This document shows positions 44,751-55,261 of a DNA stretch of 64,000 nucleotides, one piece after another (position 1 is the stretch's first letter; every line of letters begins with the position of its first letter). The stretch lies in the IMG/VR virus record IMGVR_UViG_3300025133_000025, one strand, 5' to 3'. A program made the translations under genes and the position numbers. Under the pieces are notes generated by a model. It was not told the DNA's origin and did not search any database. It saw nothing but the letters and a program-made list of their open reading frames with translations. The stretch is from a virus (Duplodnaviria; Heunggongvirae; Uroviricota; Caudoviricetes).

Positions 44751-45953
44751 TCAGGCTGCCCCAATAATCTTGAAGTCATCAAACTTTTCGCCGAGCTCTT
44801 TCTTTAGGCGCGCAATTGCAGTCTTTAACTGAACTGCTTCAATCTCTGCAACATCCTTGTGCCAGCCATCCGCGCGGAATTTGATGCGCCACTTAATGAC
44901 TGCGGACTTATCTCTTTCAGCAGGCTTAACAATTTCATGCGGCATAGGGTGGTCAGTCAGCCATGCGTCATAATGGCGATAGATTTCCTGTGCCTCAGTA
45001 TGACCTTCATCACGATAACGGAATTGTGCTCTATTCTGTGCTACAACAGCAAGTGACTTGAGGCGGCGAAGGGCTTCACGGTCACCAAGCTTCATGTATT
45101 CTTTCCAGAATTCATTCATTTTCTCTGTAGCAAGTCTTGCATCAATAATATTCGCGTACTTCAACACACCCTTAAAGCGCTGGTCAAGATCCGGCCTATC
45201 TGTCTGGCGCTTCTGTGCAGGCTGCAGTGATCGAACCTTCTTTGCTGACCTTCTTGGACTGCCGCCGAGCTTCGCAGGCTTCTCTTTCTCAGATGGATGT
45301 GTTGTAGGCTTCACCTTCTTTGGTTTAAATTCAGGTGCTTTACCAGATTCACCAGCCTCGCTCATAACCCTTAGCATTACTTTCCTGCGAATTGTATCTA
45401 CAGCATTACCAGTTGGAGCAATCTCTGCAGGCTCTGATTGCTGTGGAAACCACAACTCATCGCCGTCATTACCCTTACTAGGTACTCCGGCAAAGCCACG
45501 ATAATTGCCTCGACCTCCACCAACAGTCTGCAATGATTCTTCTTGCTCTCCAAACTTATCATCATTTGTATCAGGTGCTTGTGTTGGTGCGCCACCAAAA
45601 GCCTGAATTGATCTGCTTCGCGGCCCCCAGTCTTTCATTCCTGACGTAAACTCAGCATCTGTCGCTGGGTGCGGAATTAGTTGCTTCTGCAAACCATACA
45701 TTTGCTCTTCAACTTCTTCATGATCATTTTGATCAGTAAGTTGTCCAGTAAGAATTTCAGGCTCTGCTGACTGACAATCACACCCAGCTTCATCAATTGC
45801 ATGCCCAGATATTTTATCCAGATGACGAATGAACGGATCCTTCTGCTGCTTTCTGGTTACAGGAGCAATATACTCTTCACCAGAATCAGCAATCTCTGGA
45901 CCAGGACCATGCAATTTTTTACTCATTGCCCTCACCCTCTTCATAGATATCAT
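44751..45953 (-). CDS. hypothetical protein, largely low-complexity/disordered
   Basis: ORF track 400 aa. Confidence 0.45.
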   Translation of the reverse strand: MISMKRVRAMSKKLHGPGPEIADSGEEYIAPVTRKQQKDPFIRHLDKISGHAIDEAGCDCQSAEPEILTGQLTDQNDHEEVEEQMYGLQKQLIPHPATDAEFTSGMKDWGPRSRSIQAFGGAPTQAPDTNDDKFGEQEESLQTVGGGRGNYRGFAGVPSKGNDGDELWFPQQSEPAEIAPTGNAVDTIRRKVMLRVMSEAGESGKAPEFKPKKVKPTTHPSEKEKPAKLGGSPRRSAKKVRSLQPAQKRQTDRPDLDQRFKGVLKYANIIDARLATEKMNEFWKEYMKLGDREALRRLKSLAVVAQNRAQFRYRDEGHTEAQEIYRHYDAWLTDHPMPHEIVKPAERDKSAVIKWRIKFRADGWHKDVAEIEAVQLKTAIARLKKELGEKFDDFKIIGAA

Positions 45954-46413
45954 CCATCAAACCTTCAACAGAGTATCGCGGGCCCTTTTTCTTTGCTCTA
46001 ATTCGCCTATTCTGCTCGCGTTCGACTAGGCGCTCGAGAAGTGGATCACCTGCAATAAAAGCTTTTGTGATAGTTTCTGCAAAAAGCTGGAGGGAAATTC
46101 CTTTTTCAGTAAGGTATGCCCGCAGCTCTGCATGATCTTCAGGCCATAACCTAAAAATCACTTGCTGTCGTAAATCATTTGCCTCACCCATTCTCTTCTT
46201 CCTTTTTTGTTCACGAGCTATCTTTTTAGACATCTTGCGAATCCTAGAGAAGAAACTTATTGCTGGCATTCTGCCATTAAAAAATTCCTCTATAGCAATA
46301 TGTGAAATTGTATTAAAGCGCATCCCAATTCGGAGCTCTTTCTCAATAAGCGCAACTCGCGTCCCTGCAGAGATAGCCAGCTTGTTCTCAATAAGTAGTC
46401 TACTATTACTCAT
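45919..46413 (-). CDS. hypothetical protein 164 aa
   Basis: ORF track. Confidence 0.45.
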   Translation of the reverse strand: MSNSRLLIENKLAISAGTRVALIEKELRIGMRFNTISHIAIEEFFNGRMPAISFFSRIRKMSKKIAREQKRKKRMGEANDLRQQVIFRLWPEDHAELRAYLTEKGISLQLFAETITKAFIAGDPLLERLVEREQNRRIRAKKKGPRYSVEGLMDDIYEEGEGNE

Positions 46414-47765
46414 TAACTCAGTAGATCATTGATTGTATCAACATGCTCTTGGTCACTCATTTCCACAGCATCACTATCATTGCTGTCGAGCCACTTTTCA
46501 AGATCGCCTATCTGCTTAAGCATTTGTTGTTGCAGTTCAAACGCGCGACTCATCATCTTTTGCCCAGACGCACGGGTACCATCCCAAACTGCAAGCTCTG
46601 AGTGGACTTCCCTCAAACCTTCAACTGCAACATCAAATGAGCCTTCAACTTCTTTATACTTTTCATTGTACGTAACACCGCCAAGAGCACCCATATCGTG
46701 GCGCGCCCATGTTGCATTAATCTTTGAAGGCAGACTGTTAAATGCCTTGATTAGAGTATTAACCCTGTCAAGCAAATTATCAGCCTTCTTTGAATACTTC
46801 GGTGTTGAGTAGGGATCATTCAGTTTTACGGCAGCTGCAATGAGCTTATTAATCTTTTTTAGCTGGATGCCCATAACATACGCGATACTCCAGAGCCGTC
46901 GAACAACATCCTCTGTTTCTTGCATTGGAATTCGCTTGGCAAAGTTATCTTTGATCAAATCTTGAACTTCTTCGAAGAAATCATCCATAACACCGGAGAA
47001 GTTTTCAAGCATATTGACGTAAATCAAGCGAGCATACTCAGCATGCATCTTCCCATACTTTCCGGCGCGGGTACCACCGCCACCAGGATCAACCGATTTT
47101 AAAATCCAATCGCGGAGCTCGTTGTCTGTCTTCGGAATCTTTTCATCACTACCTTGCGAACGGAAAAATGCGTTAAAGACTGGAATGAGTTGCTCAACAG
47201 CTGATGAAAGGACGCCTGTTTCTGCTGCGTAATTCAGCATGGCCTCCATAACAGAATCACCCTTCCATTCAAGATCGCCTAGGCCATTTAGAACATCACG
47301 AATTGCATCAATGGTTCTGTACATCCTCTCTTCAAATGTAATGGTTTTACCGATCGCTTCCTCAATCTCATTCCAGTAATCATCTTCCATGATTGCCGAC
47401 TTAATCTGTGAGTCCTTTAGAGCATTGCGAACGTAATTGCCGAATGCCTGCTCTGTTACTTCAGGCTTCCCGAAGATAACCATGAGAGCCTGCATGTTGC
47501 GCTTATCATCGACAACATCTTTGAGCGATGGTAACTTGAACTTGCCTACAGAGCGGACAATATCGTCATCCTTAATCTGCTGGGCTTTTGTTAGGCCATG
47601 CTTGCCGCTGCCCTTGCCTCTGGCGCGCTCAGGCTTTGGAGGATTTGCAGGAACTACCAGCGGCGCGAACACGGCTGTCTTTTTTCCAGCAGCTTTTTTC
47701 TTCTCTGCTGACTTTTCTTTTGCATCTTTCTTGCGCTGAAAAGCTTTTGCGAAATCAAATGGCAT
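46413..47765 (-). CDS. hypothetical protein 450 aa
   Basis: ORF track. Confidence 0.5.
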   Translation of the reverse strand: MPFDFAKAFQRKKDAKEKSAEKKKAAGKKTAVFAPLVVPANPPKPERARGKGSGKHGLTKAQQIKDDDIVRSVGKFKLPSLKDVVDDKRNMQALMVIFGKPEVTEQAFGNYVRNALKDSQIKSAIMEDDYWNEIEEAIGKTITFEERMYRTIDAIRDVLNGLGDLEWKGDSVMEAMLNYAAETGVLSSAVEQLIPVFNAFFRSQGSDEKIPKTDNELRDWILKSVDPGGGGTRAGKYGKMHAEYARLIYVNMLENFSGVMDDFFEEVQDLIKDNFAKRIPMQETEDVVRRLWSIAYVMGIQLKKINKLIAAAVKLNDPYSTPKYSKKADNLLDRVNTLIKAFNSLPSKINATWARHDMGALGGVTYNEKYKEVEGSFDVAVEGLREVHSELAVWDGTRASGQKMMSRAFELQQQMLKQIGDLEKWLDSNDSDAVEMSDQEHVDTINDLLS

Positions 47766-47798
47766 GCTGGCTATCTCCGATTAGTTCTTGAACTACAC

Positions 47799-48221
47799 TT
47801 ACTCACTTAATAAGTAGGCGTTAACACCTCTTTGATTCAGCAAATCTAACCCTGAAGAGTCACGATACATATTAATTGCGATGACTTCATCAATCTTTGC
47901 ATTCACGATTGCCCGGGCGCAAACAATGCACGGCGAATGTGTAACGTACATCTTGCGTGATTGTTGGTGCGTGTAGGGTAGCTTAATCAGCGCATTAATC
48001 TCAGCATGGATCGTTCCCTCGCCACCAGGCCTTTCGGAATCGACTGCATTTGCCCCACCGACTTCAAGCCCGTTATATCCCAAAGCAAGCACTGAAGAGT
48101 TATCAACAGACACAATTACAGCACCCACCTGCAAACGGAGTGAAACGCTGCGCTCAGCAATTGATAGTGCGAGCTCAGACCAGATTTGGTCCCAGGCTTT
48201 CCTACTTGGCAATAGAGGCAC
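47799..48221 (-). CDS. dCMP deaminase (ComEB/T4 cd-like)
   Basis: HAEINAL ... SPCIVCARAI zinc motifs. Confidence 0.7.
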   Translation of the reverse strand: MPLLPSRKAWDQIWSELALSIAERSVSLRLQVGAVIVSVDNSSVLALGYNGLEVGGANAVDSERPGGEGTIHAEINALIKLPYTHQQSRKMYVTHSPCIVCARAIVNAKIDEVIAINMYRDSSGLDLLNQRGVNAYLLSE

Positions 48222-48474
48222 CGGTTGAACTGTGACTCTGATCTAGCGCTTCAATATTGATCCCACGGGAATCGAGCATTCCATCAGTAGACCTTGGCAA
48301 GCGGGCCAGCTCACGCTGGTACCTTCTTTCAACCCGCAGACTGTCAAGTGCAATTCGAACGTTAACAATAAGCTCTGGTTCAGTAGCCACTGCGTTGAGC
48401 TCCAAAAGAAACCTACGATAGTTTGGTTTATTGCCCAGCATCGCTGCCAGCTGTTTTTCTGTAATTGAACTCAC
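48202..48474 (-). CDS. hypothetical protein
   Basis: ORF track 90 aa. Confidence 0.35.
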   Translation of the reverse strand: MSSITEKQLAAMLGNKPNYRRFLLELNAVATEPELIVNVRIALDSLRVERRYQRELARLPRSTDGMLDSRGINIEALDQSHSSTGASIAK

Positions 48475-48475
48475 T

Positions 48476-49468
48476 CTACTTATCCTTTTTGTTTAACGTT
48501 TTCTTCTTAAATTGAGCCACAAGGAGCTCAATCATTCCCCACCAAAAAGGATGAACAAGTTCACGGAGGGAAGCCAGATCGGGCATGTCCTGCCCGTTTT
48601 CGTAAGCGGCACGAAGGCCCTTCTCAATGACCAGCATTTCGTTGATGCTTGTCTCATTCTCAGTTTCAGATTCAGGAATATCGCCGATGTATGGCCCGTC
48701 ATACTCAAACATCTCAATAACGTCAGTCTCTTCAGCAATCCGCTTAAGCATATCGTAGTGCAGTTCATACACATGCAGGCTACCACTGTTATGATAATAC
48801 CACCCTGGCTTAATTCCAAGCTTAACAGCTAGAAGTTTTTGTGCAATCATGAAGAATGGCATATCATAGCTGATTCCCCTGATCAAATCGGACGATCGCA
48901 TGTTAACAATCATGTCAAGCCGACCATCACGAATGAAGAACTGGAGCGTCATTGTGCATGGAACATCAGGGTTGCTGAAGTCTGTTGTGTGAAACTTATC
49001 CTTAATATGGATTACAGCCTGCCGTGTGTCAGTGTCTTCCTGCAGCTGCGCGGCAACCTTCTGGAACTGCGACATCACGGCCACATCACCATCTTTGTTT
49101 GTCACAAGATCGTGGTCATACCAGATATGATAACCGTACGCTGAATTTAGAAGACCATCTTCACCTGCGCACTTCTTCCAGAATGAAGAATAATATGAAA
49201 CGTCATCTACTGCTTGACTTCCTGACAGGTACCACGCAAGTTCGCCAGCCATGTACAATCTACTAAACTTGCGGGCGCAACTAGCTAGAAAAACTTCTGA
49301 CTCATCAACCCAGATTGGTTCAAAGCTATAATTGATAAGCTCCTTAATTGGTAGCCCGCGGGGAGCTGCATCCTTCCCATGAAAGCGAATATCCCTGGCA
49401 GCTTTTCGAAATGCTTTTGTCATGCCTGACAGTGCTCTTGTTACTGCAGCTGTTTTCTTTTCCATCAA
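48476..49468 (-). CDS. thymidylate-synthase-fold enzyme; candidate deoxycytidylate 5-hydroxymethyltransferase
   Basis: ThyA core PCT.TLQFF, RSSDL.RG, H.Y; Asp (GISYDMPFFM) where ThyA has the dUMP-specifying Asn (GLPFNIASYAL). Confidence 0.7.
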   Translation of the reverse strand: MMEKKTAAVTRALSGMTKAFRKAARDIRFHGKDAAPRGLPIKELINYSFEPIWVDESEVFLASCARKFSRLYMAGELAWYLSGSQAVDDVSYYSSFWKKCAGEDGLLNSAYGYHIWYDHDLVTNKDGDVAVMSQFQKVAAQLQEDTDTRQAVIHIKDKFHTTDFSNPDVPCTMTLQFFIRDGRLDMIVNMRSSDLIRGISYDMPFFMIAQKLLAVKLGIKPGWYYHNSGSLHVYELHYDMLKRIAEETDVIEMFEYDGPYIGDIPESETENETSINEMLVIEKGLRAAYENGQDMPDLASLRELVHPFWWGMIELLVAQFKKKTLNKKDK

Positions 49469-50022
49469 AAACCCATCCTCATCAAATCAGCAATGATTCG
49501 TAGGGTAAGAACCTCTGAATCTTCGTACTCACTTACATCGTATGAGAGTAACTTGCATTGTGTGTGTCTGCCCTCAGCAAATTCTTTGTAAAGAGCGTTG
49601 ATTTTTCCCATATTCTCTTCAATGTGAGAAAATTCGTCCCTGTCATCAAGGCCGCTCAAGTCAGAGCGATGCAGAACAACGATGACTGCGCCGAGGCGCG
49701 CCCATTGTAGATCAATATTCTTAAAAACCTCTAAGTTAAATTCCCTATTGAACACCTGTGAGTAAACAAACTCACTCGGATATGTTCTATCAAAGAGTGC
49801 AGACACACCTGTCTGGTCAAGAAAATCAACAAAGAAGGGTTGCGACCAATCGAGGAGATTCTTGAAATACGAACCCTTACCGCCGCCCGTGAGATGGGCC
49901 TGTGACTCGCCCCCATGCTTGAAATAGGGAAGACCAAATGTGGCCTGCAGCTTTCGACTGATTGTCGTCTTCCAGTTCTTGTCTGCTCCCTCAATGATGA
50001 GAAGCCTTTGTTTTTCACTCAT
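49465..50022 (-). CDS. P-loop nucleotide-kinase-like protein (possible dNMP kinase for the modified nucleotide)
   Basis: degenerate Walker A LLIIEGADKNWKTT; operon position after the ThyA-fold gene. Confidence 0.45.
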   Translation of the reverse strand: MSEKQRLLIIEGADKNWKTTISRKLQATFGLPYFKHGGESQAHLTGGGKGSYFKNLLDWSQPFFVDFLDQTGVSALFDRTYPSEFVYSQVFNREFNLEVFKNIDLQWARLGAVIVVLHRSDLSGLDDRDEFSHIEENMGKINALYKEFAEGRHTQCKLLSYDVSEYEDSEVLTLRIIADLMRMGF

Positions 50023-51161
50023 GCCATAATTCCTGCGCTAGAAAGAAATTTCTCTACATTGAAGACATTGTTCCCTAGAACTGTCCCCAGGACTGCGTCG
50101 TAGTGCTCATCCCATTGCCTCTTTGTTTCAGCAGCATCGAAGGTGTCGTGCATACCAAACAAAAGACTTCCCCACACACTCTCAAACTCTAGTGGGTCTT
50201 CGTATCCAAGATTGTCATAGTAAAATTCATGACCATAGAACTCGTTGAATCCGATTGGTAATGACCCGCCGGCGAGGACTTCGAAGAGCCGCGGAGTAAT
50301 GTGCCCCTCTTCGAAATAAATATCCTTTGCGATCATTGGAACAAAGAGGGCACGTCGATGAATATGCGCAATCTCAGCCTTGGTAGCTTTACTGTGTTGT
50401 ATAACGCCCTGCATAACGACGGGATCATACTTTAGCCAATTACCATACACATGAATACGACCAGGATAATCACAGCCAAATTCTCTAATCCAGCGATCAA
50501 GTGCTCCATCGCGGTCGTAGTTATTACCAATATAGACCATAACTGCGCGAGGATCTTTACTGTCACCAAAGCCTGTGTATGGCAACTTGACATCAGACTT
50601 AGGCAGCGCTCTTAAGAATCTATCAGAGATAGGACAATGGCGTGTTGAAGTGCATGGAAACCCTGTTGGCATTTTTCCTGTGTCTTTATCACGAACACGA
50701 TGAACTGTTATGTTTGTTGTGTTGATGTTGCGCAGCCATTCTGGCATAGTATCAACAGTGAACTTGTAGTCTTCATCCCAGATAACAATTTGTGTATCAG
50801 TCGACTCAGCATAGTACGTGACTATGCCACGCTGGCGCTGCATAATATAGTCATCAGTGGGGCGGCCGTTGTGCCAGCGCCACCGTACAAGAAGATAATC
50901 AAGCCCAGGAAAATCGTTAGTTGGATCAGCAACAAACTTATTAAACATCATCTGGCGCATTGCTGGATAATAGAATTCAGGAACTGTATTGAAGATCCTG
51001 CTTTGACCTGCAAAGCGCTGGTCGAAGTAATGAACGGTGCCGCCGGCTTTCCAGCGCCACCATGACATAATCGATGCTGTCATCAACTCTTCACTATTGT
51101 CAGGGCGGTCAATGACTTTATCACCCCACTCATGAAAAACAAGCAGTCCTAGCGATTTCAT
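50019..51161 (-). CDS. hypothetical 380-aa protein, first gene of the modification operon
   Basis: ORF track; promoter motif 25 nt upstream; overlapping stops link it to the kinase and ThyA-fold genes. Confidence 0.5.
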   Translation of the reverse strand: MKSLGLLVFHEWGDKVIDRPDNSEELMTASIMSWWRWKAGGTVHYFDQRFAGQSRIFNTVPEFYYPAMRQMMFNKFVADPTNDFPGLDYLLVRWRWHNGRPTDDYIMQRQRGIVTYYAESTDTQIVIWDEDYKFTVDTMPEWLRNINTTNITVHRVRDKDTGKMPTGFPCTSTRHCPISDRFLRALPKSDVKLPYTGFGDSKDPRAVMVYIGNNYDRDGALDRWIREFGCDYPGRIHVYGNWLKYDPVVMQGVIQHSKATKAEIAHIHRRALFVPMIAKDIYFEEGHITPRLFEVLAGGSLPIGFNEFYGHEFYYDNLGYEDPLEFESVWGSLLFGMHDTFDAAETKRQWDEHYDAVLGTVLGNNVFNVEKFLSSAGIMA

Positions 51162-51183
51162 TCATGCATCCTTATATTGTAGT

Positions 51184-51214
51184 ATATTGTACCACTAGGT
51201 GACATACTCGGAAA
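51184..51214 (-). promoter_or_regulatory. phage promoter motif (TTTCCG-N14-TGGTACAAT)
   Basis: conserved architecture. Confidence 0.45.
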
Positions 51215-51218
51215 ATAT

Positions 51219-51434
51219 CTAGTAATTTGCAGTAATCGCTTCAAAGAGATGGTGCGTTGATTTGAACAGTGTGAATTCACCTTCAACAAATCCCCCAACA
51301 AGAACCTGAAGAACGATGCTATCCGGTGACAGCATCACTATACTATGATGCGCATCTGATACACCATCTAGATACGCCACCCTGCCGTGCTCATCTACAA
51401 AACAAGCGTCCGGATGTTCTTCTAGGAAGCTCAC
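51219..51434 (-). CDS. hypothetical protein
   Basis: ORF track 71 aa. Confidence 0.4.
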   Translation of the reverse strand: MSFLEEHPDACFVDEHGRVAYLDGVSDAHHSIVMLSPDSIVLQVLVGGFVEGEFTLFKSTHHLFEAITANY

Positions 51435-51676
51435 TTGTCTTCCTCAATGGTTAGCTTATACTTGACATTGAGATGCATGTATTCAGCTTCACGAGATTTT
51501 GCAAGTAGCGTAAGCGCCTGATCATCAAAGTGGTCTTTCAGCGCTGCCATAACCTCCTCTGTCACGTCAGCATCTGACGGGATCCCACTAACATCGCAAA
51601 AGCTGACAGTACCGCTTCCAGCAATAACAACATATGTGTCAGTCTGTGTCATTCGCATCTTTTTACCTTTTCTCAT
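51431..51676 (-). CDS. hypothetical protein
   Basis: ORF track 81 aa. Confidence 0.4.
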   Translation of the reverse strand: MRKGKKMRMTQTDTYVVIAGSGTVSFCDVSGIPSDADVTEEVMAALKDHFDDQALTLLAKSREAEYMHLNVKYKLTIEEDK

Positions 51677-51678
51677 AA

Positions 51679-54600
51679 TTAATCCACCAATGTGTCAAGG
51701 CGGGATAGTCGTCCACCCCAAGGTGTTGAAAATCCCCAGTTATCGTCGTACTTCAGGCGCGCTGCAACAACAGCATTCTTTGTAAGCTTAGCTGTGTCGT
51801 ACTTTGCATTATATCCCCAGTATGTCATCCAGTGCAGATTACCATCACTACCCATCACACGTAGTTTTGCAAATGGCTTACCACGCTTTGTAGTGCGAAT
51901 GTTAACTTCACGAATAATAAACCAAACGACCTTACTCTCTGACACTAGATCTTCAATTTCACCCTCATAACCCTCAGGAATCTCATGATAATCATGAATA
52001 CCATCGACACCAAGCGCACTGAGCTTTTCAACTAGTTCGTCGTTTAAGATTAGATCAATGTTAACGCTGCCATAAACAGTCTCATAAAACTCAATCTGTT
52101 CCTCACGTGTCCAAGGTTCAACCTTACCGCGATACTCTTCAATAAGCTCATAAAAGCGTGCATGGCCATTACGTTCTGGTGAGCGCTTCAGCGGGCGTTT
52201 CTTAATCTCATCCCAGTGACCAACGATGACAGCATGCATGTGAGCATAATTATCGAACAGTTTACCCTCACCAATAATACTAAGGCTGTCGAATGCCTTA
52301 ATCTTAATCAACGCATCAACACAACCCTTATTCATCTTACTTGGCCAGAATGTATTATCATCGCGCCAGAACACTTCGTCAATTGCTCTGAACGGACGAT
52401 TGGCCATAATCTCCTCAACGGCCTTATCACCCACTCGCTTCACCGGACTAAAGGAGGACATTAGCTTTACGCCAACCTCATCCTCAATTGCTGTCCAGCC
52501 CCAGCCAGCCTGATTGATATCAGGCAGCACAACTTCGTAGCCAAACGACTTGGCCGTTGAGAATGCCCGTGCCTTCTTTTTATCACCCTTCTCAGAGTAT
52601 GTCTCAAGGAATGCAGCCATCCATTCGTTTGGATAGTATGTGAAGAGCCATGCGCAGATGTAGCTATCGAAAGCATAGGCAAGAGCGTGACTCTTATTAA
52701 AACCGTAGCCTGCAAAGAGTTCCATATCATCCCAAAGCTTTTGGGCCTTAAGCACATCTAAGCCAGCATTGACGCAGCCTTCAACAAACTGTAGATTCAG
52801 AGCACGCCTCTCTTGCTCTGCCTTACCTTTCCCATCCATAGATCGCTTAACGATGGCCTTTCGGAGACGGTCACAATCATTTAAATCCATGCCTGCCAGC
52901 TCGTGGGCCAGCTGCATCATCTGCTCCTGGAAAATGATTACGCCGTTTGTTGGCGACAACACTTTCTCAATTGCAGGATGATCGTATGTGAATGCTTCAC
53001 CTCTTCGACGATTAATATAGACCTTGTCAACACCGAGCTTTTTGGGTCCAATTTCAGCAGCCAGAGGACCTGGTCGATAGATTGACGTACCAGTGGCGAT
53101 GTCCAAGACCATCTCAGGCCGAATACGCTTAATTAGTTTTTGGGCGCCATCCTCTGTGAACTGGAAGATTGCAGGGAACTTTCCTTGCCAGTATACATTC
53201 TTTAGAACCTTCATATCAGCATCGTCAATGACGTCAGCGCGCAAGTTCTTATCGTAAAATGTACGTACTTCTGCAAAAGTTGGATTCGGATTACCCTGTG
53301 AAATGAGTACATTGCGGATCGCAAGCTCAATCACACGCAGTGTCTCAAGACCAAGGACATCAAACTTAATGAAACCAAGCTCTGGAAGATGCTTATAGTG
53401 AAGACCTTCTGTCCAAGGAGCCTGACACTCACCACGAATCTTGATCACTGGCATGGTGCCTTCCAGCTGGTCGTAAATTAGCACACCACCAGCGTGGCGG
53501 CTAATTGCCTTGAGTTGCTGGAAGAGGTCACGAATGTGCGCTGCAGCTTCCGGATAATCACAAACGTATTTCTGAAACGTGGGACTGTGCTCAAATGCCA
53601 AATCATATGTAAGATAGAAAAGGTTCTTGTCCATGCCCTTCTTCAAAACCTTTGCCTTGACCTCAGGTTCGACGCGCTTTGTTACAGCGTTAACTTCCTG
53701 ATAAGGAATATCAAAGAACTTTGAAACATCTTTAATCAAGGATTTCAGCTGGAGTCGGTTGTAGTTTGAGATTGTAATGACATTATCATCACCAAACTCA
53801 TCCCTCAAAATCTCAACTGCCAGCTCTTTACTTGCGACGTCCGAATCAATATCCGGAAAGCCCTTTCGAAATCTGCTAATGAACCTCTCGAAGAGTAGAC
53901 CATATTGAATTGGATCGAGCTCCGTAATATCAAGAAGATAACAAACTAATGACCCCGCACCAGAGCCTCGGCCCGGACCCATTAACATGCGCTCCTTTAG
54001 TCGGATTGCAATACGTTCGTAGCAAAGGAAGTAATCAGCAAAATCACGATCGCCAATTACACCAAGCTCAACTTCAAGACGGTCCCAATATTTGTTCTTG
54101 CCAGTATGTGGCGACTCCCTTAATGCCTGTTCACACTTCTCACGTAGGATCTGCTGGCTTGTCTTGGTAGGCGTTGCGTAGGTAAAAATCTTCGTCGCAG
54201 TATCGGGACTGACAGCGCCAATCTGCTGATGTGCAATATCATGTGTAATATCAATAGCATCCCAGATGCGCTTGTTCAAATCATTATGTTCAAACTGCTC
54301 GTAGTACTCAGGGTGCGCATCACGATACTTCTCCCAATAACGCCACATCTCTTCCCCATTCTTAGGATAGAGCTGGTACTGCATATCATCAATATCGTCA
54401 GGAAGATCGTCTAGTGTGTGTTCCTTCTTCCCCATCCATGAGATGCGCTTGTAGACCTCCCTGGCCCGCCACTTATCCGGTGACGGATAATGTGAATCTG
54501 CGGTTGCCACGAGAGGGATACCAAAGTCGATGCTTGCGCGGAGGAGCTGTTCATTGACCTGATGCTGGATGGGAATGTCGTTAAACTGTACTTCAAGGTA

Positions 54601-55260
54601 GAAGTTTTCCTGCCCGACTGCGTCAACGAATCTGTCGGCGAGATTAGCGAGCTCCAGTTGAATTTGCTCGGGTGATAGGTCATCATGGAAACCCTTCAAT
54701 ACCTCATATGAGAATGGGCCGCCAAGGCAAGCAGATGTTACGATGACGTCTTCTCCATGCTCCTTCAGCATATTAAAATCAAAACGTGGGAATCGATACA
54801 TTCCCTCCTTGTAACCGCGGGAGACCAGGGTAAAGACGTTCTTCAATCCCTTGGCAGATTTAGCCAGCGTTACAAGATGATGACGTCGATTGACCGGATT
54901 GAACCACTTGGCCTTCTTCGACTCCTCCTCATCCTCAAGTGCTACTTTTTCATCGTCTACAATATGGGCCTTTCGGAGTTTTGCATCCTCACGGTCTGCC
55001 TCCCACTGCTCAAGACTTGGATGAAAGTAGCCCTCAAAGCCATAAACTGGCTTAAAGGCAGAACCCAACTTCTTAGCATGAAGATACTGGTGTGGGAAGC
55101 CGTTCATATGACCGTGGTCAGTCAGGGCAAGTGCGTCCATCCCGTTTTGCAGTGCAAAATCAATGTGCTCTTCGGGTTTGCCGAATCCATCGCCTATCGA
55201 AAATCCACTGTGACCGTGGAGCCCGACGAATCTCGGATCTTTTCTATTTGTCATTCCCAA
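51679..55260 (-). CDS. dnaE: DNA polymerase III alpha subunit-like replicative polymerase with N-terminal PHP domain
   Basis: 1193 aa; FVGLHGHSGFSIGDG PHP motif; overall DnaE architecture. Confidence 0.85.
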   Translation of the reverse strand: MGMTNRKDPRFVGLHGHSGFSIGDGFGKPEEHIDFALQNGMDALALTDHGHMNGFPHQYLHAKKLGSAFKPVYGFEGYFHPSLEQWEADREDAKLRKAHIVDDEKVALEDEEESKKAKWFNPVNRRHHLVTLAKSAKGLKNVFTLVSRGYKEGMYRFPRFDFNMLKEHGEDVIVTSACLGGPFSYEVLKGFHDDLSPEQIQLELANLADRFVDAVGQENFYLEVQFNDIPIQHQVNEQLLRASIDFGIPLVATADSHYPSPDKWRAREVYKRISWMGKKEHTLDDLPDDIDDMQYQLYPKNGEEMWRYWEKYRDAHPEYYEQFEHNDLNKRIWDAIDITHDIAHQQIGAVSPDTATKIFTYATPTKTSQQILREKCEQALRESPHTGKNKYWDRLEVELGVIGDRDFADYFLCYERIAIRLKERMLMGPGRGSGAGSLVCYLLDITELDPIQYGLLFERFISRFRKGFPDIDSDVASKELAVEILRDEFGDDNVITISNYNRLQLKSLIKDVSKFFDIPYQEVNAVTKRVEPEVKAKVLKKGMDKNLFYLTYDLAFEHSPTFQKYVCDYPEAAAHIRDLFQQLKAISRHAGGVLIYDQLEGTMPVIKIRGECQAPWTEGLHYKHLPELGFIKFDVLGLETLRVIELAIRNVLISQGNPNPTFAEVRTFYDKNLRADVIDDADMKVLKNVYWQGKFPAIFQFTEDGAQKLIKRIRPEMVLDIATGTSIYRPGPLAAEIGPKKLGVDKVYINRRRGEAFTYDHPAIEKVLSPTNGVIIFQEQMMQLAHELAGMDLNDCDRLRKAIVKRSMDGKGKAEQERRALNLQFVEGCVNAGLDVLKAQKLWDDMELFAGYGFNKSHALAYAFDSYICAWLFTYYPNEWMAAFLETYSEKGDKKKARAFSTAKSFGYEVVLPDINQAGWGWTAIEDEVGVKLMSSFSPVKRVGDKAVEEIMANRPFRAIDEVFWRDDNTFWPSKMNKGCVDALIKIKAFDSLSIIGEGKLFDNYAHMHAVIVGHWDEIKKRPLKRSPERNGHARFYELIEEYRGKVEPWTREEQIEFYETVYGSVNIDLILNDELVEKLSALGVDGIHDYHEIPEGYEGEIEDLVSESKVVWFIIREVNIRTTKRGKPFAKLRVMGSDGNLHWMTYWGYNAKYDTAKLTKNAVVAARLKYDDNWGFSTPWGGRLSRLDTLVD

Positions 55261-55261
55261 T

